Virus record (IMG/VR): IMGVR_UViG_3300028633_000022 | Span: 1 to 36,463 of that record | Strand: one strand, 5' to 3' | Length of the DNA stretch: 36,463 nt | Origin: a virus | Lineage: Duplodnaviria > Caudoviricetes | In this document: in pieces, positions 8,647 through 16,753 of the stretch | Position numbering within the stretch: the stretch's first letter is position 1 | How the letters are laid out: the number at the start of each line of letters is the position of its first letter | The notes under the pieces: generated by a model | Told to the model about the DNA's origin: nothing | Databases searched by the model: none | What the model saw: only the letters and a program-made list of their open reading frames with translations | Program-made: the position numbers and the translations under genes

Positions 8647-10190
8647 TGGGAGAAGACGATCGAAAAGTTAATCTGATACGTCGTCTGATGGTAGCTACAG
8701 TGGTTGATACTGGGTTTCTCCAGGGACTTCGTCCCATATGGAGAGAAGACCTAGTGGGACCTGGGTGGCGCTGGTTATCTGAGAAGTGCTTTACTTATCT
8801 GGACAAGCATGGAGAAGCCCCAGGAAGAAACATCCAGCTAATATGGGAAGCTGAAGACTTTCTGGACCCAGAAGTACGCTCCAGTTTGGAGACCATTTTA
8901 TCAGGATTGTCTGAGGAATGGGAGTCATCAGGAGAGCCTTTGGCTTCCCAGCTCCTTTTGGAAATGGCTCAAAACCATTTTGCCAAGGAACTCTATCTCA
9001 ACAAATCCCTGGAATTGGAAGAAGCAGCAGAAGCTGGAAACCTATCTAGGTGTAAGGAAATTGTTGAGGGAGAACTCAAACCACCTTCTATACTCTCCAC
9101 AACCATAATTGATCCCTCCGATCACTCAGACCTATGGAAACAAGCCTTTGAGGACGAGTCTTCCAGCTTGGTAAAACTTGGAGGAGCTTTCCAGGAACTT
9201 GTGGGCTCACAGATTACCAGGGACTCTTTCACTGCCTTCCTGGGAAAAGAGAAGGTTGGGAAGACCTGGTTATTGCAAAGCATAGCCTTTGCTGGGGTGA
9301 AGGCTGGGAGTCGCGTTTTATTTTGCCAGTGTGGAGACTTGAGCCTTCAGCAGCAATTGAGAAGGATAGGCATACAACTAACAGGAAGGAACAACCGCTC
9401 CAGATATAACACCAGTCTATTGTCTCCAGTACCTGATTGTTTCTATTCTCAAGATGGATCTTGTCAAAGAAAGGAGAGGATTGGAGCTGGTAGCATCATT
9501 AAAGATAAAGACCAGAAACCTTATCCAGAGCTTGAGAACTTTAATGAGGTAAATGGATATGAGCCCTGCTCCTTTCGATGTAGATTCTTCAGAGGTAGTA
9601 GTTGGTGGAAGATGTCCCCTCCAGAAACTGATCTAACCTGGGAGGATGCTTACCGAGCTTTTCTCAGATGGAATAGAGCCACTGGAGGGAAACTCCGTCT
9701 AGATAGGTTTCCAAACCGAACAGCTACCATTGAACAAATAGACAGAAATATTCGACAGCTCTGGGAAACTAAAGGATGGAGACCAGAAATAATAATTCTG
9801 GACTACTTGGACATATTTTGTCCTGAACCTAATGGACCAAAAGAGTTTCGCCATCAAGAGAATACCAGATGGGCTGCTGCAAGAAGATTAAGTCAGGATT
9901 GGGAATGCGCCGTTGTGACGGCCACCCTGGCACCGAAGGACACTTATAGAAGAAGACTCATATCTGAAGGAGATTCTTCTGAAGACAAGAGAAAAGCAGC
10001 TCATGTTACTGCCTACTTTGGGTTGAACCGGGATCACCATGACAAGAGAAGACACTGGTTGAGGATCAATCCTCTATTTATACGGGAGGATGACTTTGAT
10101 GTATTTGATCAAGTAACTGTCCTCCAGCTTATTGAGAGGGGACAACCCAACCTTAGCTCATTCTGGTATAGAAAGGAAGGGAAAGAATAA
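8646..10190 (+). CDS. dnaB: DnaB-like replicative helicase (divergent)
   Basis: GKEKVGKT Walker A, IILDYLD Walker B, VVTAT, SEDKRK; follows loader. Confidence 0.82.
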   Translation: MGEDDRKVNLIRRLMVATVVDTGFLQGLRPIWREDLVGPGWRWLSEKCFTYLDKHGEAPGRNIQLIWEAEDFLDPEVRSSLETILSGLSEEWESSGEPLASQLLLEMAQNHFAKELYLNKSLELEEAAEAGNLSRCKEIVEGELKPPSILSTTIIDPSDHSDLWKQAFEDESSSLVKLGGAFQELVGSQITRDSFTAFLGKEKVGKTWLLQSIAFAGVKAGSRVLFCQCGDLSLQQQLRRIGIQLTGRNNRSRYNTSLLSPVPDCFYSQDGSCQRKERIGAGSIIKDKDQKPYPELENFNEVNGYEPCSFRCRFFRGSSWWKMSPPETDLTWEDAYRAFLRWNRATGGKLRLDRFPNRTATIEQIDRNIRQLWETKGWRPEIIILDYLDIFCPEPNGPKEFRHQENTRWAAARRLSQDWECAVVTATLAPKDTYRRRLISEGDSSEDKRKAAHVTAYFGLNRDHHDKRRHWLRINPLFIREDDFDVFDQVTVLQLIERGQPNLSSFWYRKEGKE

Positions 10191-10343
10191 ATGGCATGTT
10201 GTGGAGGAAGATCCTGTCCAGTGTGTGGGGAGAGGATGAATGGTAATAAGTGCTCTGATCAAGAGTGCGGTTATGTGGAAAGTTTCCAGGACATCCGAAA
10301 CTGGACGGAGGTGGAGAAAATAGAGGAGAGAAAGAAAAGTTAG
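10191..10343 (+). CDS. 50-aa Zn-ribbon protein (not in ORF track)
   Basis: MACCGGRSCPVCGERMNGNKCSDQECGY..., TAG 10341-10343. Confidence 0.6.
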   Translation: MACCGGRSCPVCGERMNGNKCSDQECGYVESFQDIRNWTEVEKIEERKKS

Positions 10344-10363
10344 GAGGAAAGTGATTTTTTTCT

Positions 10364-10391
10364 TTTACTTTTTAAGAAAATCTATTATACT
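10364..10391 (+). promoter_or_regulatory. sigma70-type promoter P2
   Basis: TTTACT-16 bp-TATACT; shares TTTACTTTTTAAGAA with P3. Confidence 0.65.
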
Positions 10392-10413
10392 ATTATCTGT
10401 AGTTGATAGATGA

Positions 10414-10513
10414 TGGCCCCCGGCTAGGGTAGCTCCTGAAAAGTCCTACCTGCCCGGACCTGCCTGGGGGCCAACCAAGGGCAGGATCAAAAACCATAGA
10501 GAAAGGGGTAGGA
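10414..10513 (+). ncRNA. C4-like (c4-2-type) antisense RNA and targets
   Basis: stem TGGCCCCCGGC/GCCTGGGGGCCA, core GGCTAGGGTAGCTCCTGAAAAG, hairpin GTCC-TACCTGCCC-GGAC; CCTGCCC pairs with GGGCAGG (10479-10485), TCCTACC with GGTAGGA (10507-10513). Confidence 0.7.
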
Positions 10514-10514
10514 T

Positions 10515-10646
10515 ATGGACCGCAAGATCATGATCAATGAGATTGTAGCTGCTAAGGATGAAATGTTTGTTAGTGATCCTAAAGGCAATCCCTATTGGAG
10601 AAGCTTCACATCAAAACCATGGAGGAATACAGGGTTTGGAGTCTGA
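10515..10646 (+). CDS. 43-aa ORF behind C4-like RNA (not in ORF track)
   Basis: AAAGGGG upstream; MDRKIMINEIVAAKDEMF..., TGA 10644-10646. Confidence 0.45.
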   Translation: MDRKIMINEIVAAKDEMFVSDPKGNPYWRSFTSKPWRNTGFGV

Positions 10647-10747
10647 ATGAGGAAGAGCGGAATCGGTCCGCATCCATTCTCAAGAACCAAGGCCCGGACA
10701 CCCTGCTGGCAGTTCAAGCTGGCATTTTACCAGAAGAGGAGAAGAAA

Positions 10748-11323
10748 ATGGCTAAGGACAAGAAGAAGAAGGAAAAAGCTCCAGAAGTTCCCAAATTTGC
10801 TGCTGATGACCGCAGTGCCTTTGAAGCTTTGGCAGTTGCCTGCTGGGAGGAGGATGACCGACCAGACATCTCTGAGATGACAGATGACCAGGTGTCTCAG
10901 GAACTGAAAGAAAGTCTGGGTCTTCTGGCTCCGGAGGACAAGGAAACCATTCTGGCCCTGGAAAATGGGAAGGCCAACTGGGCCTACCTGGAAGATCTCA
11001 TGAAGGACCAGGCTGAGGAGAAAGCGGAAGTCAAGGAGAAGGAAAAAGCCCCCAAGGAGAAGAAGCCCCCCAAGGAGAAGAAAGAAAAGGTCCCAGCAAT
11101 TCCCAAATATACCCGCAGTGAAGCTTTTGCTGACGCCCTCCGCAAGTCCCCTACCTCTGTGAAGGAACTCATCACCAGCTCTGATAAGCTCTATGCTTCT
11201 CAAGGGGGCAAGTCCAACGAGAAGGAAGCCCAGACGATTTGCCGGTTCATACTTCCGGCTCTGGAAGCTCTGGGGGTAGTGACTCTGTCCGGGACTGATA
11301 TCGCCATCAACATCAAACTCTAA
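10748..11323 (+). CDS. K/E-rich putative DNA-binding protein
   Basis: GAGGAG RBS before ATG 10748; frame open from TTG 10595; KEKK/P linker and helical C-terminal domain. Confidence 0.7.
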   Translation: MAKDKKKKEKAPEVPKFAADDRSAFEALAVACWEEDDRPDISEMTDDQVSQELKESLGLLAPEDKETILALENGKANWAYLEDLMKDQAEEKAEVKEKEKAPKEKKPPKEKKEKVPAIPKYTRSEAFADALRKSPTSVKELITSSDKLYASQGGKSNEKEAQTICRFILPALEALGVVTLSGTDIAINIKL

Positions 11324-11349
11324 ACCCGATTTCTTTTCAATCATTCTTT

Positions 11350-11379
11350 TTACCGGGGGGAGATCCCTTCCCCCGGTAA
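11350..11379 (+). terminator. GC-rich hairpin (terminator or processing stem)
   Basis: TTACCGGGGGGAG-ATCC-CTTCCCCCGGTAA; only a weak T tract after it. Confidence 0.5.
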
Positions 11380-11404
11380 TCCTTATTTCGCAGGGTGAAC
11401 AATT

Positions 11405-12265
11405 ATGCCGTATGCCCAATGCTACTCCTACGACCTCAATGAGCTTAGGAAAAAAGCATCCCAAAGCAGTATCTGGGAAGGATTCCCGGATTGCTCAGGC
11501 AAAGCCGTGTTTATCAAACCAAACCTCGTCACTCCCCCCAACCGATTCGATTACCAATCATGCACTCACGTTAACTTAGTCCGAATAGTTGCAGAAATGG
11601 CGCTGGAAGGTGGTGCGGATAAGGTGGTGATAGGAGAGTGTGGGTTTAAGAATCAATGGCAGAAAACCATGGAATTCTGCTCCTACCAGGACCTTTTATC
11701 CCTAAGTCCTAAGATCGAGATTATACCCCTACAGGATGGCCCTAACTTCCACAAATTTTCCCTAGTGAGACTTACCAAAGGGGAGTACCTCAGCCTGTAC
11801 GGCGTGAAGTTCTCCGATTACCTTCTGGAATGCGATCTGGTAATTAATATCCCTAAACTGAAAATGCACTCCATGGCCTTTATTACCGGTGCCATTAAGA
11901 ACATGATGGGCACTATGGCCCAAAAGGGTAGTATGCACCCTAAAGCAGATCCCTCTATACTCCATAAAAGGTTAAGGGACTTTTACCTATTGATACAGCC
12001 AAGGATTAAATTTTGTTTAATGGACGGGATAATAGGTGCAGAATACTGCGAGCAGTATGGAGTACCTGTACAATCCAATTTACTGATATCAGAAACAGAT
12101 TGCTGGAAGTTGGATTGTATGGCTGCTTCTGCTATGTCAGTAAAGCCATCAGAAGTTCCCTACCTGAGCTTGATAAAGAGGTTCAAGATGGAAGAATGGC
12201 CAGAGTTGATTCCTTTAGAACTTCGTAAGCCTTATGAAAGACCATTGGGTTGGAGAAAAGATTGA
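11405..12265 (+). CDS. DUF362-family (Fe-S associated) protein
   Basis: VFIKPNLV, VVIGE, VINIPKLKMH, TGAIKNMMG, MDGIIG, LD..AA. Confidence 0.85.
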   Translation: MPYAQCYSYDLNELRKKASQSSIWEGFPDCSGKAVFIKPNLVTPPNRFDYQSCTHVNLVRIVAEMALEGGADKVVIGECGFKNQWQKTMEFCSYQDLLSLSPKIEIIPLQDGPNFHKFSLVRLTKGEYLSLYGVKFSDYLLECDLVINIPKLKMHSMAFITGAIKNMMGTMAQKGSMHPKADPSILHKRLRDFYLLIQPRIKFCLMDGIIGAEYCEQYGVPVQSNLLISETDCWKLDCMAASAMSVKPSEVPYLSLIKRFKMEEWPELIPLELRKPYERPLGWRKD

Positions 12266-13479
12266 AAAGGGATATATCCAAATCTAAATTTTCATCCATA
12301 GTGGGATGGAGAGGGGATAGCCTAGTGTGTCCTCAGGCCTTTGGTGGGGATATTTACGCTGGCTGTTCTATGGATTGTTGGTGGTGCTTCTGTCGGGAGA
12401 TGGAAGAAGAGCTGTACAATAAATACTACTCAGGATGGAGCCGGAACCTAGTGAGACCTTGTGATCCAGAAGATTACCGAAGGCTGTTTGATAAGGCTTT
12501 TGGTAGTGATAAGGATTACCGGGATTGGTTTGTATCCTGCCTGAGGCAAGGACTACCTTTTAACATGGGTAGTAAGGCGGAAACCTTCTGCCGGGAGGAT
12601 GTGGACTTAGGTGTAGACAGTGTAGTGGTAAAGGTGCTGAAAATATTCCTAGAGTACCAAGTGCCCATAATATTTCAAACCAAATCCCACTATGTTGGCC
12701 TATCCCGCTACTTGGATATTATCAAGGAACTCAATTGTGCTGTAGTGGTAAGCGTAATGGGCGGAACAGATACCCTAAACTATGAACTGGAGCCAGGATC
12801 TCCCTGTGCTTCTGCCCGTTGGTACTTAGTGAAAGAATTATTGAAAAGAAAGATCTGGACAGCAGTTAGATGGGAGCCCATAATGCCCGGCATTAACTCC
12901 TCCCGAGAAGTCCTGGAATCCTATGCTGAGCAGGTAAGTAAATCAGGAGCCCGCCATGTGTCCTGGTACAACTACCGAACATCCAATGCCCGCCGGGCTC
13001 AAGTAGAGTTCGAGTCCAGGGGGTATAATTACATAAAGATGTTAGAAAAGAATCTTGATTCAGAGTGGAAACCTGTAGGGGATATTTTCCTAGAGGCTCT
13101 GTCCTCCAGAGGAGTTCGGCAATCCACCCCAGACTTTGTGAATTTTCCTTTTTCCAATAGCTGTCAGAGCTGCTGCGGGGTGGATGGTCTCTTTACCCCT
13201 TATGAATTTACTTTCCAGCATGCTTGCCGCCTCATATTGGATAAGGGATTTGTTAATTGGGAGGATATGGAAAGTATATCCTTCAAAGAACCCAAAGCCT
13301 ATGAAAGAATGAAGGCCATATGGAATGGAGGAAGAAAAGATTACTATTCCTTGGCCGATAGTCCTGGGGTAGTGATTCTGGATAAGGATAAAAAGGGATT
13401 CAACGTGTACGGCAAATCGGATGCTATACCCTCTGGAATGAAAAAGAAAAAGATAGGCTTTGGTTTGAATCTTAAATAA
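12262..13479 (+). CDS. radical SAM protein 1 (spore photoproduct lyase-like)
   Basis: DIYAGCSMDCWWC (CxxxCxxC), QTKS, LEPGSP...R, VRWEPIMPG, C-terminal SCCG; TTGA overlap with DUF362 stop. Confidence 0.87.
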   Translation: MKRDISKSKFSSIVGWRGDSLVCPQAFGGDIYAGCSMDCWWCFCREMEEELYNKYYSGWSRNLVRPCDPEDYRRLFDKAFGSDKDYRDWFVSCLRQGLPFNMGSKAETFCREDVDLGVDSVVVKVLKIFLEYQVPIIFQTKSHYVGLSRYLDIIKELNCAVVVSVMGGTDTLNYELEPGSPCASARWYLVKELLKRKIWTAVRWEPIMPGINSSREVLESYAEQVSKSGARHVSWYNYRTSNARRAQVEFESRGYNYIKMLEKNLDSEWKPVGDIFLEALSSRGVRQSTPDFVNFPFSNSCQSCCGVDGLFTPYEFTFQHACRLILDKGFVNWEDMESISFKEPKAYERMKAIWNGGRKDYYSLADSPGVVILDKDKKGFNVYGKSDAIPSGMKKKKIGFGLNLK

Positions 13480-13490
13480 GGATAGATACC

Positions 13491-14876
13491 TTGGATTATT
13501 ATGAAATCCGATCCAGAGCTTCCAAGTTGATTCCCAGGTGGAATCAGTTTTTACCCAATGAGGAGAAGAAAGGAGCAGTTAAAGAGAAAGGCCGGAAGAG
13601 CAATTATCATCAGTTCCACTTGGAAAGAGGTAAGTGGGAGAAGAGGGAGCGTCTTCTCAACACTGAAGAGATCAATAGCTTTCTGGAAATTTCTCTTCGA
13701 GCTCAGGCCTGTCCCATGCCTCTCAACCTCGATACGTGGGATGGTCTTCTCTGCCCGTTTTTGTGTAAGTATTGCTATGCAGATGCCTTCCGAGCGTCTT
13801 TGTACACTTCCTTCTTTGATAACAGCAAATCCGTGGGATTACGCCACTGTAACCCCGACTTCTACCGAAGGGAACTAGACAAACTCTTCAAGCTCCGTGG
13901 AACCGATGTTCATCAGCTCCAAGGAGTCCGAAAAGCAGTGGCCATGGAAATCCCCATCCGGTTTGGGATAAGGTTTGAAGACTTTCATGGGGTGGAAGGA
14001 AAACGGGGCATTTCCCTGGCCATGCTCCAATACCTATCTGAAAATGCTTATCCTATCATGATCAATACGAAGTCTGGATTAGTAGGCAGGGAGGATTATG
14101 TACGAGCACTAGCGAGCAATCCTGCTGGGTCAGCTGTGCACATTACGATGATAAGCAGTCAGGAAGATCTTCTTAAGAGGATAGAACCAGGGGCACCCCC
14201 ATTCTCCCAGAGACTGGAAGCAGCAAAGAACCTAGCAGATGGAGGGGTTCGGGTGGTGGCCCGAATAGAACCATTCTTGGTATTCCAAACCGATCATCCA
14301 GATGATGTGGAAGAATACTGTGAGAAAACCTGGGAAGCAGGTATTCGCCACATCACCTTTGACACTTACAGCTACAGCGCTTCCAATCCAGGAATAAGAA
14401 ACAACTTCATCAAATTGGGAATAGACTATGACCGGATGTTCCTCCTGGGTTGCGATAGCCAAGGGGTGGGTTCTCTCCTCCTGGAATCCTTCATGAAGAT
14501 ATTTCGGGCAAAGGGATTTAGCTGTTCTACCTTTGACTTGGGATGTGTTCCTAATAATGACCAAGCCATCTGTTGTGAAGTAGGAGATTGGTTTAAAGGA
14601 GGATTCAATTGGGGTAGTATTGTGGGAGCTATTCGTCTCATAAGGGATAGAGGGTTGACCCCAACCAGTTGGGTTGACTTTGAGAATTGGGTGGAAGAAA
14701 GAGGAGGATTTCTCACCCCTCAACTAAAATTAAGTGTCCATGAACTCTGGAATGTCCAGGGGAATGATGCCTATTCAGTAGTTTGGGGACAAGGAATAGT
14801 TCCTGCTGGATGGAATGACAGTGGAATAATCTGGCAATATCGAGAAGGAGAAGACTTCAGAAAGGACATGGTATGA
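13491..14876 (+). CDS. radical SAM protein 2 (spore photoproduct lyase-like)
   Basis: CPFLCKYCYA, NTKS, IEPGAP...RL, ARIEPF, C-terminal ICCE; TTG start with AAGGA upstream. Confidence 0.87.
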   Translation: MDYYEIRSRASKLIPRWNQFLPNEEKKGAVKEKGRKSNYHQFHLERGKWEKRERLLNTEEINSFLEISLRAQACPMPLNLDTWDGLLCPFLCKYCYADAFRASLYTSFFDNSKSVGLRHCNPDFYRRELDKLFKLRGTDVHQLQGVRKAVAMEIPIRFGIRFEDFHGVEGKRGISLAMLQYLSENAYPIMINTKSGLVGREDYVRALASNPAGSAVHITMISSQEDLLKRIEPGAPPFSQRLEAAKNLADGGVRVVARIEPFLVFQTDHPDDVEEYCEKTWEAGIRHITFDTYSYSASNPGIRNNFIKLGIDYDRMFLLGCDSQGVGSLLLESFMKIFRAKGFSCSTFDLGCVPNNDQAICCEVGDWFKGGFNWGSIVGAIRLIRDRGLTPTSWVDFENWVEERGGFLTPQLKLSVHELWNVQGNDAYSVVWGQGIVPAGWNDSGIIWQYREGEDFRKDMV

Positions 14877-15703
14877 AAATTGCTAGCACAGGAATACAAG
14901 CCTTTGCTCATGCTGCAGCTCTAGACAAGGATGGGCGTCTGAGTAACACTATTTATTGTGAAGGTAAAGACATCTTCATCCTCAACCAGGACAACTCAGT
15001 ACTCATCCGGTTTCAATTCTCTAACCAGGAATTTGAGCACTCTGTTTGCTTTCGAGCAGAAGACTATGATAGCAATGAGCTATATGAAAAGGAAGGGAAG
15101 ATAGTCTTCGTCCAGAAGAGTGAAGAATGGGTTAGAGAAAAATCCTGTAGAACTCCCGGAAGAACTCCTGGGGAGGTTCGCCAGCTTTGGAAATCTCTTC
15201 GTTTTCCACGAGGACCAAAAATTCATCTCTCCTCCTCCATTCTTCCTCTCTTGGACTCTTCTCTCAGTCATATTGAGTTTTCTGTAAAGAAAGGCAAGTT
15301 TCAACTTTGCCAGAAAAACATCTACACTGGAGTTTCTTCTCAAATGGAAAAGGCAAAGTCCTCCATGATGGGAAGTGGGGATGAACTGGGGGATAAGGAG
15401 TATGGTCCTATTGGGATGAGAACTGGGGACTTTATGGCTCTGTTCAGCTTCTGTGAAGCTTTGGAAATCACCTTTCCCAAAGATCCCATGGAAGGTTACT
15501 TTTATGTAAATGGTCCCAAAGTGGCGGGATTGCCCAGTAATCTTCAAGCTTTTGTTTGTATGTGTATTTATGATGAATTAGGGGATATTCAGTACTTGCT
15601 CAAACAGGAGGATTCCAATGGGCGGGAAGAGCAGAAAGAGCGGAGGAGTGAGCCGGGAGTTGATCGAAAGGTTAAAACGAGGACCAAAAGCCGAAACCAA
15701 TAA
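14873..15703 (+). CDS. hypothetical protein (possibly clamp-like fold)
   Basis: 276-aa ORF coupled to rSAM2 by ATGA; fold suggestion is weak. Confidence 0.7.
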   Translation: MKIASTGIQAFAHAAALDKDGRLSNTIYCEGKDIFILNQDNSVLIRFQFSNQEFEHSVCFRAEDYDSNELYEKEGKIVFVQKSEEWVREKSCRTPGRTPGEVRQLWKSLRFPRGPKIHLSSSILPLLDSSLSHIEFSVKKGKFQLCQKNIYTGVSSQMEKAKSSMMGSGDELGDKEYGPIGMRTGDFMALFSFCEALEITFPKDPMEGYFYVNGPKVAGLPSNLQAFVCMCIYDELGDIQYLLKQEDSNGREEQKERRSEPGVDRKVKTRTKSRNQ

Positions 15704-15767
15704 ATGCAGATCTTCCAAGAAGAAAGAGGAGGAACCCAAAGGTGGATTCTTTAGTAAAAAGCAATAG
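15618..15767 (+). CDS. 49-aa basic protein (not in ORF track)
   Basis: AGGAGG RBS before ATG 15618; MGGKSRKSGG...PKGGFFSKKQ, TAG 15765-15767. Confidence 0.6.
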   Translation: MGGKSRKSGGVSRELIERLKRGPKAETNKCRSSKKKEEEPKGGFFSKKQ

Positions 15768-16521
15768 TCCCACGTCCTATCTACTGAAGATGGAATGGTT
15801 CAAGCTTCGGCCTACTTTTTGGACCTCAGAAGCTTATCTGACTTGTGTTCCTGGTCTGACTTCCTTCCGCTTCAAGGGTAGCAATTGGCTGGAGGATGAG
15901 GAAGGAGTATGCTTATTTCCTCCCATAACTGACCGAGGAACATATGACCTATCAGTCCAATCCTGGGCAATTCCTTCAGATCAATTACGAGAAGATTTCT
16001 CCTTTTTGGATTGGGAGTATATTTACCACTCAGAGAACTTCCTGGACCTGTCTGGGAGTAAGTGGGAAGTATTCCGGAAAAACTCTCGCAAATGGATAAA
16101 ATCTCATCCTCATTGGACATACTACTCTTTGAAGGACTGGGGGAAGTCTCTTGAGTCCTTACTTATCAAATGGTTGGAAAACAAGATAGAGGAAAAGATT
16201 CATGATGGGGAAGTCATGCTCAATTACCTCTCCCAGGGAAATGGGCAGATATTTGGGTTGTGGGAAAAGGATAGATTGGTAGGATTCAACTGTTGGGATC
16301 TCAACTATCGTTGGGTGAACTTCCGTTACAGTTTTGCTGATCCTGGAGAACCTTGGTTGTCTGAGTTTCTCCGGCTCCTATTTTATCAATCTCAGTCTTA
16401 CCTGGAAGTTAATGATGGAGGTATTCTGGACAATCCCAATCTGGAACGGTTCAAGGACAAACTCCATCCTGTAGAAAAGAACAAGGTTCACTCTTCTGTA
16501 GGAAAAGACTATGCTAATTGA
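15742..16521 (+). CDS. DUF2156/phosphatidylglycerol lysyltransferase-like GNAT-fold protein
   Basis: EYIY...LDLSGSKWEVFRKN and EVNDGG.LDNPNLERFKDKLHPV resemble DUF2156 motifs (DYIY..L..L.G.K....RN; IN..D.G..GLR..K....P). Confidence 0.65.
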   Translation: MDSLVKSNSPTSYLLKMEWFKLRPTFWTSEAYLTCVPGLTSFRFKGSNWLEDEEGVCLFPPITDRGTYDLSVQSWAIPSDQLREDFSFLDWEYIYHSENFLDLSGSKWEVFRKNSRKWIKSHPHWTYYSLKDWGKSLESLLIKWLENKIEEKIHDGEVMLNYLSQGNGQIFGLWEKDRLVGFNCWDLNYRWVNFRYSFADPGEPWLSEFLRLLFYQSQSYLEVNDGGILDNPNLERFKDKLHPVEKNKVHSSVGKDYAN

Positions 16522-16753
16522 ACCTGATGAACTTGAAGATTGGTGGGAGAAGCACTGGAAAGATATGCCTGAATTTTCTCAAGAGGACCAGTCGCCAGTT
16601 CAGTCTATACTTGTTCATTTCTACACTAAGGAAGATGTTCAAGATTTTGCCAAACTGGTTCAACAAAGGATAACTACAAGGACTAGGTTTATCAGGTTTC
16701 CCAATTCAGAAAATGCCAAGTTAAAAGAGATGGGATGGTTTGATGAATCCTAA
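16511..16753 (+). CDS. small protein of the type found beside phage TAGT glycosyltransferases
   Basis: W..MPEF.QED...ILVHF...EDVQDFAKLV.Q.IT pattern; overlaps GT start. Confidence 0.7.
   Translation: MLIEPDELEDWWEKHWKDMPEFSQEDQSPVQSILVHFYTKEDVQDFAKLVQQRITTRTRFIRFPNSENAKLKEMGWFDES

Noticed and set aside
9420-9640. Intein in DnaB-like helicase (also considered for polA)
   Set aside because: No C/S...HN-C/S/T junctions or endonuclease blocks visible; insertion too short
10414-10473. tRNA gene (also considered for 6869-6940)
   Set aside because: Multibranch fold but no TTCRA T-loop, D-loop or anticodon arm geometry; C4-like fits better
6888-10476. 11-nt complement GGTTGGCCCCC (6888) / GGGGGCCAACC (10466) between the two RNA elements
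   Set aside because: Low complexity, and most of the second site is already paired in its own stem; cross-talk unsupported
10727-11464. 245-aa - strand ORF
   Set aside because: Antisense shadow of a K/E-rich gene; no motifs, against local gene direction
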